A stretch of DNA of 45,510 bases from positions 88,631,157 through 88,676,666 of the forward strand of contig NC_068986.1 in NCBI RefSeq assembly GCF_001194135.2. The letters are read 5' to 3'. The translations under genes and the position numbers were made by a program. Under the pieces are notes generated by a model. That model did no database searches. It worked only from the letters and a program-made list of their open reading frames with translations, and was not told the origin of the DNA. Shown in pieces: positions 1 through 11,413 of the stretch. The DNA comes from Octopus bimaculoides (Eukaryota). Position 1 is the first letter of the stretch. The number at the start of each line of letters is the position of its first letter.

Positions 1-814
1 CAAAGTGAAATTGTAAGGTGCCGTACGAGTGGAAATATATATGAAAGAACGTTTTAAAATGCAATTTTAAAGATGTTTATTCACTTGACCGGTTTCACTT
101 TTGTAGAAAAAGATTGTCAAAAGTAAAATGTAAAGCTTTGTATGAGCTTTGTTGTGTTAAGTACTGGTTATAACAAAAGTGTTAAGATACAGATATACAT
201 TAAAAACAGTTTACAAGAAAGTATTCAAGAAAGTCATCAGAACGGGACTCCAAAAGTATTTTGTGTTCAATAAAAATCATGACTGACTAGTCTTTCTGAC
301 ATTTTGTCATGTGTCAGACAGACAAGTCATTCATTCCTCTACAATTTTTTCTTTCTCCCTCTCCCTTCTTTCTCTCTCTCGTTGCTCACACGTAACCATC
401 GGCCATCCTTCTTTTTATCAAGTGACCATCTTTCTGTTCCTGCTCGGACGTCTAAACAACTGGACATTTTTTCTCCCACTTCTATCCTTTCTCTTAAAAG
501 AAAATGTCTCTCAACTTTCACTATTCATCTTTCATTCCGGTCTAACGAATGCTTGAAATGAGGAGTAGATAGACAGCCGACAAATGACGAAGTATCCTTT
601 TTTTGTGTTCACTTGTCCTGTTTTCCATTTTTCTCGTTGTTTACTCGTTTCTGTCCTGTAATTACTGTCTACATCTTGTATCTATCTCCCGTGTGTATGC
701 TATTTTCACCGTTGGTGACGTCCTGTACTCATATATTGATGTACATATATATATATATAATATTTATTTATTTAATTGAACACGAAGCATCCATTCCAAG
801 GAAGTTTATCGTCA

Positions 815-935
815 TCTATATATACATATATATATATATGTATGTGTGTGTGTGTGTGTGTGTGTGTATAGAGAGAGAGTGTGAGAGTGAGAGGGAGAGG
901 GAGAGGGAGAGAGAGAGAAAGAAAGAGAGAGAAAG
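815..935. repeat. Compound (TA)n-(TG)n-(GA)n microsatellite
   Basis: Directly visible. Confidence 0.95.
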
Positions 936-1822
936 AAGATCGGTATGGCTGTTATGCTTTTCATGAAGAAATACAATCTGAGTGATATGGTGTTTTACTG
1001 TTCACTGGCAAAATGAAGTAGAAAGCAGATTTTGAATCGACATAAACAGTGAACAAAACGACACGGTATCAAGGTATTGCCTGGTAAGGCGAAAAGATAT
1101 TGACGATTCGGGCAATATGTTCTTTGTCAAGGTTCATATATAATGAAAAAGGCAAAGGAATGAATTGAAGAAATTTTGCATGTGTCATATGCGGTGTGTC
1201 CGAAGCCGTTTTAGTTTATGACATAAGTCAGAAATATATGGTACAAGATGAAGCATAATAAATGCTGAACTTAGACGTGGTAGTTGAAGTATCGTAAGAG
1301 CAGAGGTTTGTGTAATGTAAAAAGTCATAATGGGGGACTTCAAATCACAGCAAAACACTGCGCGTAAGTAAAATACTGTAAAAATATAGTTCAAGATTAA
1401 TCGATTTTCCTCCCCATCTTTTCTCTTTCTCTTTCTCTCTCTCCCTCCCACTCTCCCCTCTCTCTCTACTTCTCTATATGTGCACGTGCAAGCATACATG
1501 CACACGCACATACGCATACACACACATAAACACACACACGCTCACGCATACACACACTCAAACACACACACACACACACACACAAACATATATACATATA
1601 TACAATACGCACGCGATTTATATGCACGCATTTTTGTATGTACATGTGAATACATGTACACATAAAGATCACGTCTTATACAGTTTGATCTTTACATAAA
1701 TTAGACTCTACTTATACTATAGAGTCAACCCGCCCGCCATCAGTAAATGTTCCGCTGGCATTCTTAAACTTGCTTTTAAAATATTAACCTTATTGTAACA
1801 TTTACACACGCGCACACACACA

Positions 1823-1863
<41 letters not shown>

Positions 1864-2047
1864 ATAGATAGACAGATACATACTCATACATATATATGTG
1901 TATCTGTATATATATATATACATACATGTGTACATGCATACATATACGTGTATATATATATATATATATATATTGACAAACAATGATTCATTTCATTGTT
2001 ACTCGGATATTCTCACGCACATTAGTATATATATATATATATATATA

Positions 2048-3273
2048 TTGGGTCATCCCATAAATAACGCGGGATTTTTATACTTCCTTTATGTTTCAAA
2101 ATTAAGAAAAGTTCTAATTTAATCTACAATGCTCGTTCATTTTCTGCAATGCTCTTCGATCTATCTGGTAGATTTACAAGGCCTCACTTTCAAAATTCAC
2201 TTCTCCATGACGAAAAACATTTCCCCCAGTACTGTTCTGACTTTGTCAACAGAATTAAGAAATTTTCCGTCCATATGATTTTGATGACCACGGACTAAAT
2301 GATAATCAGATGAGGCATTGCTTCCCATTTAAACTGCTCCCGTCTTTGGGATGTCATCCCCGCTGTGTGTGGCCAAGCATTATCCTGATGGAAGAACAAC
2401 TTTCATCTTGTAACCAAAGATGGTTGTTTTTCTTCTAGCGCTCATTTAAGTCGCTCAAGTTACTCGCAGTAGATCTCCTTTGTTATCGTTTGGATGGATT
2501 TAACAGTTCAAAGTGGACTAAACATTTCATATCTCACCAAACAGATAACAGCACCTTACGTGGGTGAAGACCTTCCTTAGCCTGAGATGCCGGTGTTTCT
2601 CCTTTCCCTACTCACTGTCTTCGGCGCTTGACATTTTATAGAGAACCCATTTCTCATCACCAGTCACTATTCGGTCAAAAAAGGTTCATTCGTGAGATGT
2701 GACAGCAAAGAGGAGCATACATTTACTTTTTGCCCTTGATTAGAATCGAAAAGTTTGTGAGGAACCCATTGACCCAGTTTACTGACTTTTCCGATGGCAC
2801 GCATGTGTGGATGAATGGTTGAATGATTAAACCTAAGCTTAGTTACTCAACAGTTACGATGAGATTTTGTTCCATCAGAGTTTCAGGATGTCCTCATCGA
2901 GCTCTACTGATCTTCAAGGACAAGGCTAGTCTTCCGGCTCGGAATTTCTGTAACCACTGTTGACACTGGCTTACGCTTATTGTTCAGTTCTCATATACTA
3001 CATTAATATTCCTCGAACTTTACGTTGTGTTCTTGCCTTTATGGAACTCATAAGGTAAAATATGTTGAATATGCTCCTTTGTCACTTCCAACATAGCTTT
3101 GAAAAAATAGCTGTTAGAATAGAACTGCACTCTTCAAAACTTGCTCTAAGAATAAAAACAAGGTAAAATTAGTTCTTGCCTTTATAGCAAGTTGGTGCAG
3201 GTATTTTATCCTGTCCTCTCCAAATTTTAGTTCATGCAATTGAAAATGTCGCATTATTTATTACATGACGCAA
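2048..3273 (-). mobile_element. Near full-length decayed mariner DNA transposon with both TIRs and TA target sites
   Basis: Left end TA|ttgggtcatcccataaataacgcggga; right end is the reverse complement of TA|ttgcgtcatgtaataaataatgcgaca; 1226 bp; transposase remnants on the minus strand. Confidence 0.9.
2119..3094 (-). pseudogene. Mariner transposase pseudogene (many stops and frameshifts)
   Basis: Minus-strand segments MLEVTKEHIQHILPYEFHKGKN, DRIVTGDEKWVLY, HPRKVLLSVW, HQDNAWPHTA and SDYHL are typical mariner motifs. Confidence 0.9.
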
Positions 3274-3413
3274 TACATACATACATACATACAAACATAT
3301 ATATATATAATATATATANNNNNNNNNNNNNNNNNNNNNNNNNNNNNNNNNNNNNNNNNNNNNNNNNNNNNNNNNNNNNNNNNNNNNNNNNNNNNNNNNN
3401 NNNNNNNNNNNNN

Positions 3414-3444
<31 letters not shown>

Positions 3445-4149
3445 GCTTGGGTTGTTTGAGCCAATATTACGAATAATATTGAGAGATTTAATATCCGAGG
3501 GGCTTTATAACACAGCCTCGTGTGTTAATGTGATCGGATTTTCTTGTAGATTCACTCAAAACTACTGTTCTCTTTTTTACGTTACCGTAGTGCATGAGTT
3601 GAAGAGCCTTTTGTATTTGTTGCGTACATGGGAATATGTGGCTCTATGTCCAGTTACACCTTAAATTTCTTGGATTTGTTTACAGGGAGAAGTTTCATGA
3701 AAAGTGCAAATTAAACCACGTTAGTTTTCTCTACTTGGTTCTATCCTCTTCCATATTGCAGACTAATTAACAAAAAACATTAATTATTGTCCGTATCTAC
3801 CATAAACAAATAAAACGCCTTCTCATTATTTCACAAGTGTCAAATCCAAAACTGCTTTCTGCAAAATAAGCAAAGAATATGATTCCACACAGTACTACAA
3901 TAAGTGAGACGGGAGGAGACAAGGGAACCTTTACCTGAACACTGAATCTGCAAGAAATAGCAGTCAAATTTCGATCAATTCACATGCAACCTTATAAAAA
4001 TAGCATGAATACATGAAGAATCATGTTGTTTGGAATTCACAGTTCTTGAGATAAAAATGAATGTAGCTTCTATAATTTTTGACATTGGTCAACAAGATTT
4101 GGACTAATTTCGGATTAAATGGTAGCAACAATCACCTGGCAGTAACACT

Positions 4150-4390
4150 GACTTCAAATTTTGACACACGGACAACGGCTCCATTGTTCACCGGGTACTT
4201 ATTTTATCGACCCCGAAAAATGATTAGCAGCATTTCGTTTGTATTTATGGACTGAGTTCAAATTCGACTTTGCCCTTCATCCTCACAAAGGTGATAAACT
4301 AGGAAGCAGTTGAGCACTGGGATCGATGTAATCGATTTACCCACTGCCAGAAATTGCTGACCTTCTGTTACAATTTGAAATCAATATTGT
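4150..4390. mobile_element. SINE fragments (gagttcaaatt / actttgcctttcatcc family), one minus and one plus piece abutting
   Basis: Shares motifs with copies at 31389 and 33881; the tail motif ggtacttattttatcgaccccg is present in reverse. Confidence 0.6.
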
Positions 4391-4894
4391 ATGGTTTTGA
4401 GTATTATTAAAATGTTTATGCATTATTATATCACACGTCTTTATGATATCAAGCAAAACTTTGAATGAAAATGTTTTCAGATTTACATATTTTAGTCACT
4501 GTTGCTGCTGCTGCTGCTGCAGAGATTTGTTGACGTTCCTCTAATTATTGTTTTTAACCCCAGACCATATCAATAAAAAAGAAGTTCGACAGTCATTATG
4601 ATATTAGATACAGTATATCGGAGTTCGATACGAATGAAAATTGTCACATTTCGAAAGAGCATAGTACATTGAATTTGAGAGATATGTTGCTGCTATTTCT
4701 GGCAGTTTCATTCATCGCACAAAAGCTCCTCAGTTGGCTGGCCAGTTTTTGTTGTTAGTTATTGTGTTGTTCTGGACTAATGCAACAATTTGAACTGTTT
4801 ACTCTCAGTTCTTTGTTTGATCGGATGTTTGACTTTATCCAGTCTCTTCCGTTGAAATATTAAGTCAATCCAGAGGAGTCACACAGTATATCAC

Positions 4895-4972
4895 ACATGC
4901 ACACACACACACACACACACTCACACACACAAACACACACAAACACACACGCAGACACATTCACACACAAGC

Positions 4973-5042
<70 letters not shown>

Positions 5043-5045
5043 AAA
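4895..5045. repeat. (CA)n microsatellite
   Basis: Directly visible. Confidence 0.95.
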
Positions 5046-5121
5046 CACTCACGCACGTGTTCGTGTCTGCATGTGTCTATGTTTGTATACATACACATAC
5101 ATATAAATATATATATGATCC

Positions 5122-5308
5122 AACTACCACTTTTTCAAGCATCTCAACAACTTCCTACGTGAGAAATGCTTCCAAAAACCAAGACGATGCCAAACACACC
5201 TTCAACGACTACATCGAATCTAGAACGTAGGATTTTTACGCTACTGGCATAAATAAACTTGTTGCGTGTTGACAAAGTGTATTGATTCTGATGGTGTTTA
5301 ATTTCGAT
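5122..5308 (+). mobile_element. 3' fragment of a mariner transposase
   Basis: With frame corrections reads YHFFKHLNNFLREKCFQ...DFYATGINKLV...KCIDSDG, a typical mariner C-terminus; no TIR pair seen. Confidence 0.8.
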
Positions 5309-5350
5309 TAATAGTTTTGCTTGAGCCGAGGTCGGCCAGCTATATATATA

Positions 5351-5391
<41 letters not shown>

Positions 5392-6344
5392 NNNNNNNNN
5401 NNNNNNNNNNNNNNNNNNNNNNNNNNNNNNNNNNNNNNNNNNNNNNNNNNNNNNNNNNNNNNNNNNNNNNNNNNNNNNNNNNNNNNNNNNNNNNNNNNNN
5501 NNNNNNNNNNNNNNNNNNNNNNNNNNNNNNNNNNNNNNNNNNNNNNNNNNNNNNNNNNNNNNNNNNNNNNNNNNNNNNNNNNNNNNNNNNNNNNNNNNNN
5601 NNNNNNNNNNNNNNNNNNNNNNNNNNNNNNNNNNNNNNNNNNNNNNNNNNNNNNNNNNNNNNNNNNNNNNNNNNNNNNNNNNNNNNNNNNNNNNNNNNNN
5701 NNNNNNNNNNNNNNNNNNNNNNNNNNNNNNNNNNNNNNNNNNNNNNNNNNNNNNNNNNNNNNNNNNNNNNNNNNNNNNNNNNNNNNNNNNNNNNNNNNNN
5801 NNNNNNNNNNNNNNNNNNNNNNNNNNNNNNNNNNNNNNNNNNNNNNNNNNNNNNNNNNNNNNNNNNNNNNNNNNNNNNNNNNNNNNNNNNNNNNNNNNNN
5901 NNNNNNNNNNNNNNNNNNNNNNNNNNNNNNNNNNNNNNNNNNNNNNNNNNNNNNNNNNNNNNNNNNNNNNNNNNNNNNNNNNNNNNNNNNNNNNNNNNNN
6001 NNNNNNNNNNNNNNNNNNNNNNNNNNNNNNNNNNNNNNNNNNNNNNNNNNNNNNNNNNNNNNNNNNNNNNNNNNNNNNNNNNNNNNNNNNNNNNNNNNNN
6101 NNNNNNNNNNNNNNNNNNNNNNNNNNNNNNNNNNNNNNNNNNNNNNNNNNNNNNNNNNNNNNNNNNNNNNNNNNNNNNNNNNNNNNNNNNNNNNNNNNNN
6201 NNNNNNNNNNNNNNNNNNNNNNNNNNNNNNNNNNNNNNNNNNNNNNNNNNNNNNNNNNNNNNNNNNNNNNNNNNNNNNNNNNNNNNNNNNNNNNNNNNNN
6301 NNNNNNNNNNNNNNNNNNNNNNNNNNNNNNNNNNNNNNNNNNNN
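5392..6344. other. Largest of 13 assembly N-gaps. Others: 3319-3413, 12310-12637, 14628-14856, 15755-16386, 18298-18307, 20224-20755, 24078-24619, 25401-26054, 26681-27116, 31860-31997, 38613-38829, 42058-42179
   Basis: N runs, nearly all flanked by microsatellites. Confidence 0.99.
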
Positions 6345-6389
<45 letters not shown>

Positions 6390-6547
6390 CAGAGATATAC
6401 ACATACACACTCAGGCACCTATAAAATGCTCTAGAAAGTCCACCCGTCTAGAATGGTTGTTTTTTGCACAAAATTACTAATATAGCTTAAATAGTATTAA
6501 TCAGGTGCGCTACCGTTACAACGGTTTATAGTGCGTGGATATGAGTG

Positions 6548-6594
<47 letters not shown>
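6548..6594. repeat. (TAGA)n tetranucleotide repeat
   Basis: Directly visible. Confidence 0.95.
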
Positions 6595-7024
6595 GTATAA
6601 TGGTGATCAATGGCATACGTGAAACTCTGAGTAGCAAAAGAATAACTAGATTCCAATTCTGTATTGAGTACATTTCCTCTGTCTTGTATGCTCAAATACA
6701 CACACACACACACATCCGCACATATTTTATATGTTATTATATGTGTATATATATGTATGTATATATGTATATATACTTCATGTTGTATGTCATGTTAAAG
6801 ACCATTACTATTTCATATATACATATATATATACTTATATATATATATGTATATGTGTATATGTAAAAGCAGAGAGGGGAAATTGAACACTACTGTAAAA
6901 ATGTGATGGAATATAGACAAGACAGGAATAGTGAACAGGGTGAGTGTATGAGGAGAGAGAAATATCTTCAGAGACAAGAGAATGAATATATTTTCGTCCT
7001 ACGTAAGAAATATTTCTGAACAGA

Positions 7025-7040
7025 CAGCGCCATCTGTTGG
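7025..7040 (-). promoter_or_regulatory. Candidate CTCF motif CCAACAGATGGCGCTG
   Basis: 13/14 match to CCASYAGRKGGCRS in otherwise AT-rich DNA; motif match only. Confidence 0.35.
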
Positions 7041-7482
7041 TGTCGATTGTTAAGTCATGTCAGATGTCAAGTGTAATTTTCTCCGTCACAGATCAAAGGT
7101 ACTCTGCTTGTAAGAAGTCCTAATTAGCATCAGTCATGCTTTATATAACATTTACCTTCGGCTTCGGAAATAGGGTCTAAGATTGTATGCAATGTAAATG
7201 GTGCGTGGGAGGGCGAACAAAAAAAACAGAAAAGATTAGTGAGATTGAGTGAAAGTGAGAGAGATGGAGAGAGAGAAGGGGTGAATGAGAAAAAGAAGGT
7301 CAGATATTTTGTTGCGGATACATAGGTTGTATGCAAAGGGATAATTTTGAAAGGCCGTATAAATACATGCATGTACACACACAAGCATACGCGCTCTCAT
7401 ACTTACACGTACACACACATCTGTATATGCGGTGGGTGTATCCATGCATATGTATATATATATATATGTATATATATATATG

Positions 7483-7635
7483 CTGGTGTGTTTACTTCCA
7501 CGTCACTTAGCAGTTCGGCAAAAGAACCGATAGAATAAGTACTAGGCTTACAAAGAATAAGTCCTGGGGTCGATTTACTCGACTAAAGGCGGTGTTCCAG
7601 CATGGCCGCAGTCAAATGACTAAAACAAGTAAAGA

Positions 7636-7637
<2 letters not shown>
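7483..7637 (+). mobile_element. SINE 3' module (...ggcggtgttccagcatggccgcagtcaaatgac...) with all CpGs intact
   Basis: Homologous to copies at 29540, 38290, 38855, 39548, 41640 and 41846 in this window. Confidence 0.85.
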
Positions 7638-7679
<42 letters not shown>

Positions 7680-8321
7680 TATAAGTTTAAATATATATAT
7701 ATATATATTATTTATAAGTTTAAATATATATACGTATATTTGTATCTCTGTGTGTATGCACCTATGTATGTGTGTGTATGTATGTATGTATGTGTGTGTA
7801 TGCTTTTATGCATGTATAAGGATTTGCAAGAAACGTTTTCGTTTTCTCCATTGTAATACCAGGCCCTGATACACTAGCGACGCCATTAAAATTATGCCTT
7901 TCTATCAACATGAATGCCACGGGACAGCTACAACTGCACGCAAGCAGTTGCATTATCAAATACCAGTATTCTTGGAGAACTACGTTGCGTCGAAACAATT
8001 GTAGCGAATAATAAACAAATGTCCAATCGTACAACTTCTTCTTGACTCCAATTTCTTCAATTTTATATTCATACACGGCGAATGCCCAAATTCAAATTCG
8101 GAAATATGTAATAATATTACCGATACTACTGGACTGTTCTGATGGTGGACGAACTCTACAATGTACTCTATCACTATCACGTTCCTAATGGTATATAACA
8201 TAATTATATATATACAAATTTTAATATTATAAGCATAATTATAATTAGGGTTCAGCAAAAATTGCTTCGCCACATACAGAAATTTAGAAATAGCAATTAA
8301 ATACTATTCCCCTACCATAAT

Positions 8322-8696
8322 AGAAGAAGAAGAAGAAGAAGAAGAAGAAGAAGAAGAAGAAGAAGAAGAAGAAGAAGAAGAAGGAAGAGGAGGGGGAGAA
8401 GAAGAAGAAGAAGAAGAAGAAGAAGAAGAAGAAGAAGAAGAAGGAAGAGGAGGGGGAGGAGAAGAAGAAGAAGAAGAAGAAGAAGAAGGAAGAGGAGGGG
8501 GAGAAGAAGAAGAAGAAGAAGAAGGAGGAGGAGGAGGTGGAGGAGGAGGGGGAGAAGAAGAAGAAGAAGAAGAAGAAGGAGGTGGAGGAGGAGGAGGAGA
8601 AGAAGAAGAAGAAGAAGAAGAAGAAGAAGAAGAAGAAGAAGAAGAAGAAGGAGGAGGAGGAGGAGGAGAAGAAGAAGAAGATGAAGAAGAAGAAGA
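8322..8696. repeat. (GAA)n/(GGA)n polypurine tract
   Basis: 375 bp with only three pyrimidines (T at 8538, 8583, 8682). Confidence 0.97.
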
Positions 8697-9957
8697 TATA
8701 TATATATATATGCTATTGGGGGAATGTTAAAATGGAATTGTGTTTTGTGTAAAGATCAAATACAGGTTACCCCAATCCTTTTTTCTTTTTTTCACTATAA
8801 AGATCAGTTTTGATGAATATTCCGATTCCCTTTTCTGCAAGTTAGGAACCAGCTTCTATATGCAATGTAATCGGTGGAGGTGCAGGAACTTCCTCATATT
8901 CATAAATAAGTACCCGAAATAAATTTATATGCAAAGGTTATTTTGCTTAAGTGTGATTGATTTTACCAACTATCTATCGTTAGCGAAAGAGAAAGTAGAT
9001 CCTATTCCTGAAGATTAAAGAGTCGGTAGATCTTTTTCCCTGAGGATTGAAAGAAAGAAATTTGTTTAATGAAAATATGATGGTTAAGGCGATTTCCAAT
9101 ACAAAATTTTAATTTTGGACTGTACTTTACCATAGAAGGACTACATTAATGATATCGATGAACTCTTAATAAATTTAATTTGAATTCATACAGATTCACC
9201 AGACTAATGTGTTTTCATTCATTTATTACCAAAAAAGCTGATATGTACTTTTACTGTATAAAGAATATAGAAGCATGCATCTTATAGCACATAATGAGAT
9301 TAAAATTAATTATAATTATCTTAACCAAATGAATATTTTGGATTTCAATTCAAAAACTAAATAATCGAGATGCATGATAACGTGAACGTTGGATGTTATC
9401 AAGCTGATATCATTCAATAGTATGTTCATTAATGATATCTTTGGAACTCTTAAAGTTATTGGCATACAATTAAGCAGCATTTACAAAATATTGTTGTTTC
9501 TTATGTTTGTGCAACAGTTGTGTTTTTATGGATTACTATATTAATCTGTATTAATGCAGGCATTAGAAATTGCCCGTTAATGCCAACATCTCTCCTAATA
9601 ATGAGCAATGTCGAATCTATCGCAAGAAAATATTTTTAACACATCTCAATTTTAAGCTTAGTTCCATGAAATTTAGTGAAATCAATGCATGAAGATTTCA
9701 GCGTGTTTTTTAAAAAATTAGTAAATATGAGCATAGCAAAGTGAAAGGATGGGAAATGTGGAGCTGCAGATCATGAATAAATTTCGTGCATACAAATGTA
9801 GAAATAGGAACCCAGTAGATATATGGGCAGTTGGATTTAGCTAAAAGTACATATCCTACACTAAAAAAATTACTTATCCTATAGCAAGATTTCTTTCGGA
9901 AAAACCTTAATGTTGTAAGAGTTGATCAGAGAGAACATCATTACCTAAATATTCATA

Positions 9958-10942
9958 TTAGGTTGTTCCGAAAATAATAGCAGCTCTAAGTGTTGTGTTT
10001 TGAAATGCAATTTTATCATAGTATTTTAATATTTTAGGTGAATTTCGACATACTTAATAATTGATGTGTGCTCTTTAATAATTTTCTACTTATTTCAGAC
10101 GCAAAACATTCTTGAAGCAAAGGCGCCGTTAATTATGTACATGAAAAAAAAAAAAGGACCATTGCTTACTTTTCTTGCATGAGTTCAAGCTTGGGTACAA
10201 TGCCTCCGCATGAGCTCAATGAAAATTTCGGCGTTTTGAAATGTGCTCGATGCTCTTACTGTGAAACACCAATGATTGTTTCCTTGACCGAATAGCCACT
10301 TGTGAGGAAAAGTGGATCCTTTATGATTACCGTAACAGATCAGGTCAATGGCTCGATCGCGATGAGACCCCAAACATTTTCCAAAGTTGCATCAGCAAAC
10401 GATTATTGATGACTGCCTGGTGGTCTGCAATTGGTGTTGTCCATTACAGTTTTCTGGAAGCCAATCACAACATTACAGCAGAGGTTTACTGCAATCAATT
10501 CGCTGAAATCCATGCTCTCTTGCAAAAAATGAGACCTGCGTTGGTGAATCGGCGTGGCCCAATTCTGCTCCACGATAATGCAAAGCCACATGTTGCAAGA
10601 ATGACACTGCAGAAACTCACAGACTTGGGATACGAGACTTTACCACATCCTCCATATTCTCCTGATCTTTCACTCAATGACTATCATTTTTTAAGCATTT
10701 AAACACGTTTTTACGTGATAAAACTTTCAGGTCCAAACCAGAGGTGACATCAGCTTTCAAAGATTTCTAAGCATCAAAGCCAATAAGCTTTTATCAACGA
10801 GGTATAAATAATCTCGTTGATCGATGGCAGAGATACATAGATGTTCACGGTTCATACTTTGACAAATCAAAACATTTCTATTGTTAATTTTTCCAGAATA
10901 AAATTGTTTCCGAAATCGGCCATTATTTTCGGAACAACCTAA
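9958..10942 (+). mobile_element. Internally deleted mariner element with intact TIRs
   Basis: TA|ttaggttgttccgaaaataatagc at the left end and gccattattttcggaacaacctaa|TA at the right end (23/24 identical inverted repeats); 985 bp. Confidence 0.95.
10141..10863 (+). pseudogene. Mariner DD34D transposase pseudogene
   Basis: Motifs FLDRIATCEEKWILYD, WWSAIGVVHY and LLHDNAKPH...HPPYSPDLSLNDYHF with 34 residues between the last two Asp. First Asp is replaced by Glu; frameshift after DYHF; in-frame TAA near 10768. Confidence 0.92.
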
Positions 10943-11367
10943 TACAATGCAAGCATGCTACAAGAGTGTAGAGGATGATGGAAGACAGCTGACTATTGTT
11001 GGATGCTATAGCGAACAATTCAGACCGTTTTCTTTTTTTTTTATATTCACGACAATATAAAAAATTAATATAATGTATATTGTTCGATGATATTTTATTG
11101 ATAAAAATTTGGTTAGTATTATTTATATATAAATTTATGAAGTGTTTGTAGTTTGTTTTGGTTCAAGCAATAAATATATTTCGTACGGAATGTTAATTAA
11201 TACACCATAATGTTAATTAATGCACTTTAACGTAAGAAGAAATAGGAACGGCTTTATTTCTAATACTAGAAGACGTTAGTTTGGAATCACCTTCCAGAAC
11301 GCATTCAAAATAGATGAATTTCATAACAGCTGAAAATAATACTTGTTGACCAATGCCAACATTATCA

Positions 11368-11412
<45 letters not shown>
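11368..11412. repeat. (TCG)15 microsatellite
   Basis: Directly visible; uninterrupted CpG-containing repeat. Confidence 0.95.

Positions 11413-11413
<1 letters not shown>

Noticed and set aside
5308-6480. 350-390 aa ORFs here and at other gaps
   Set aside because: Open only because N runs and (TA)n/(CA)n lack stop codons.
7762-8273. Two overlapping minus-strand ORFs of about 100 aa
   Set aside because: No recognisable motifs or consistent exon boundaries; one runs into a microsatellite.
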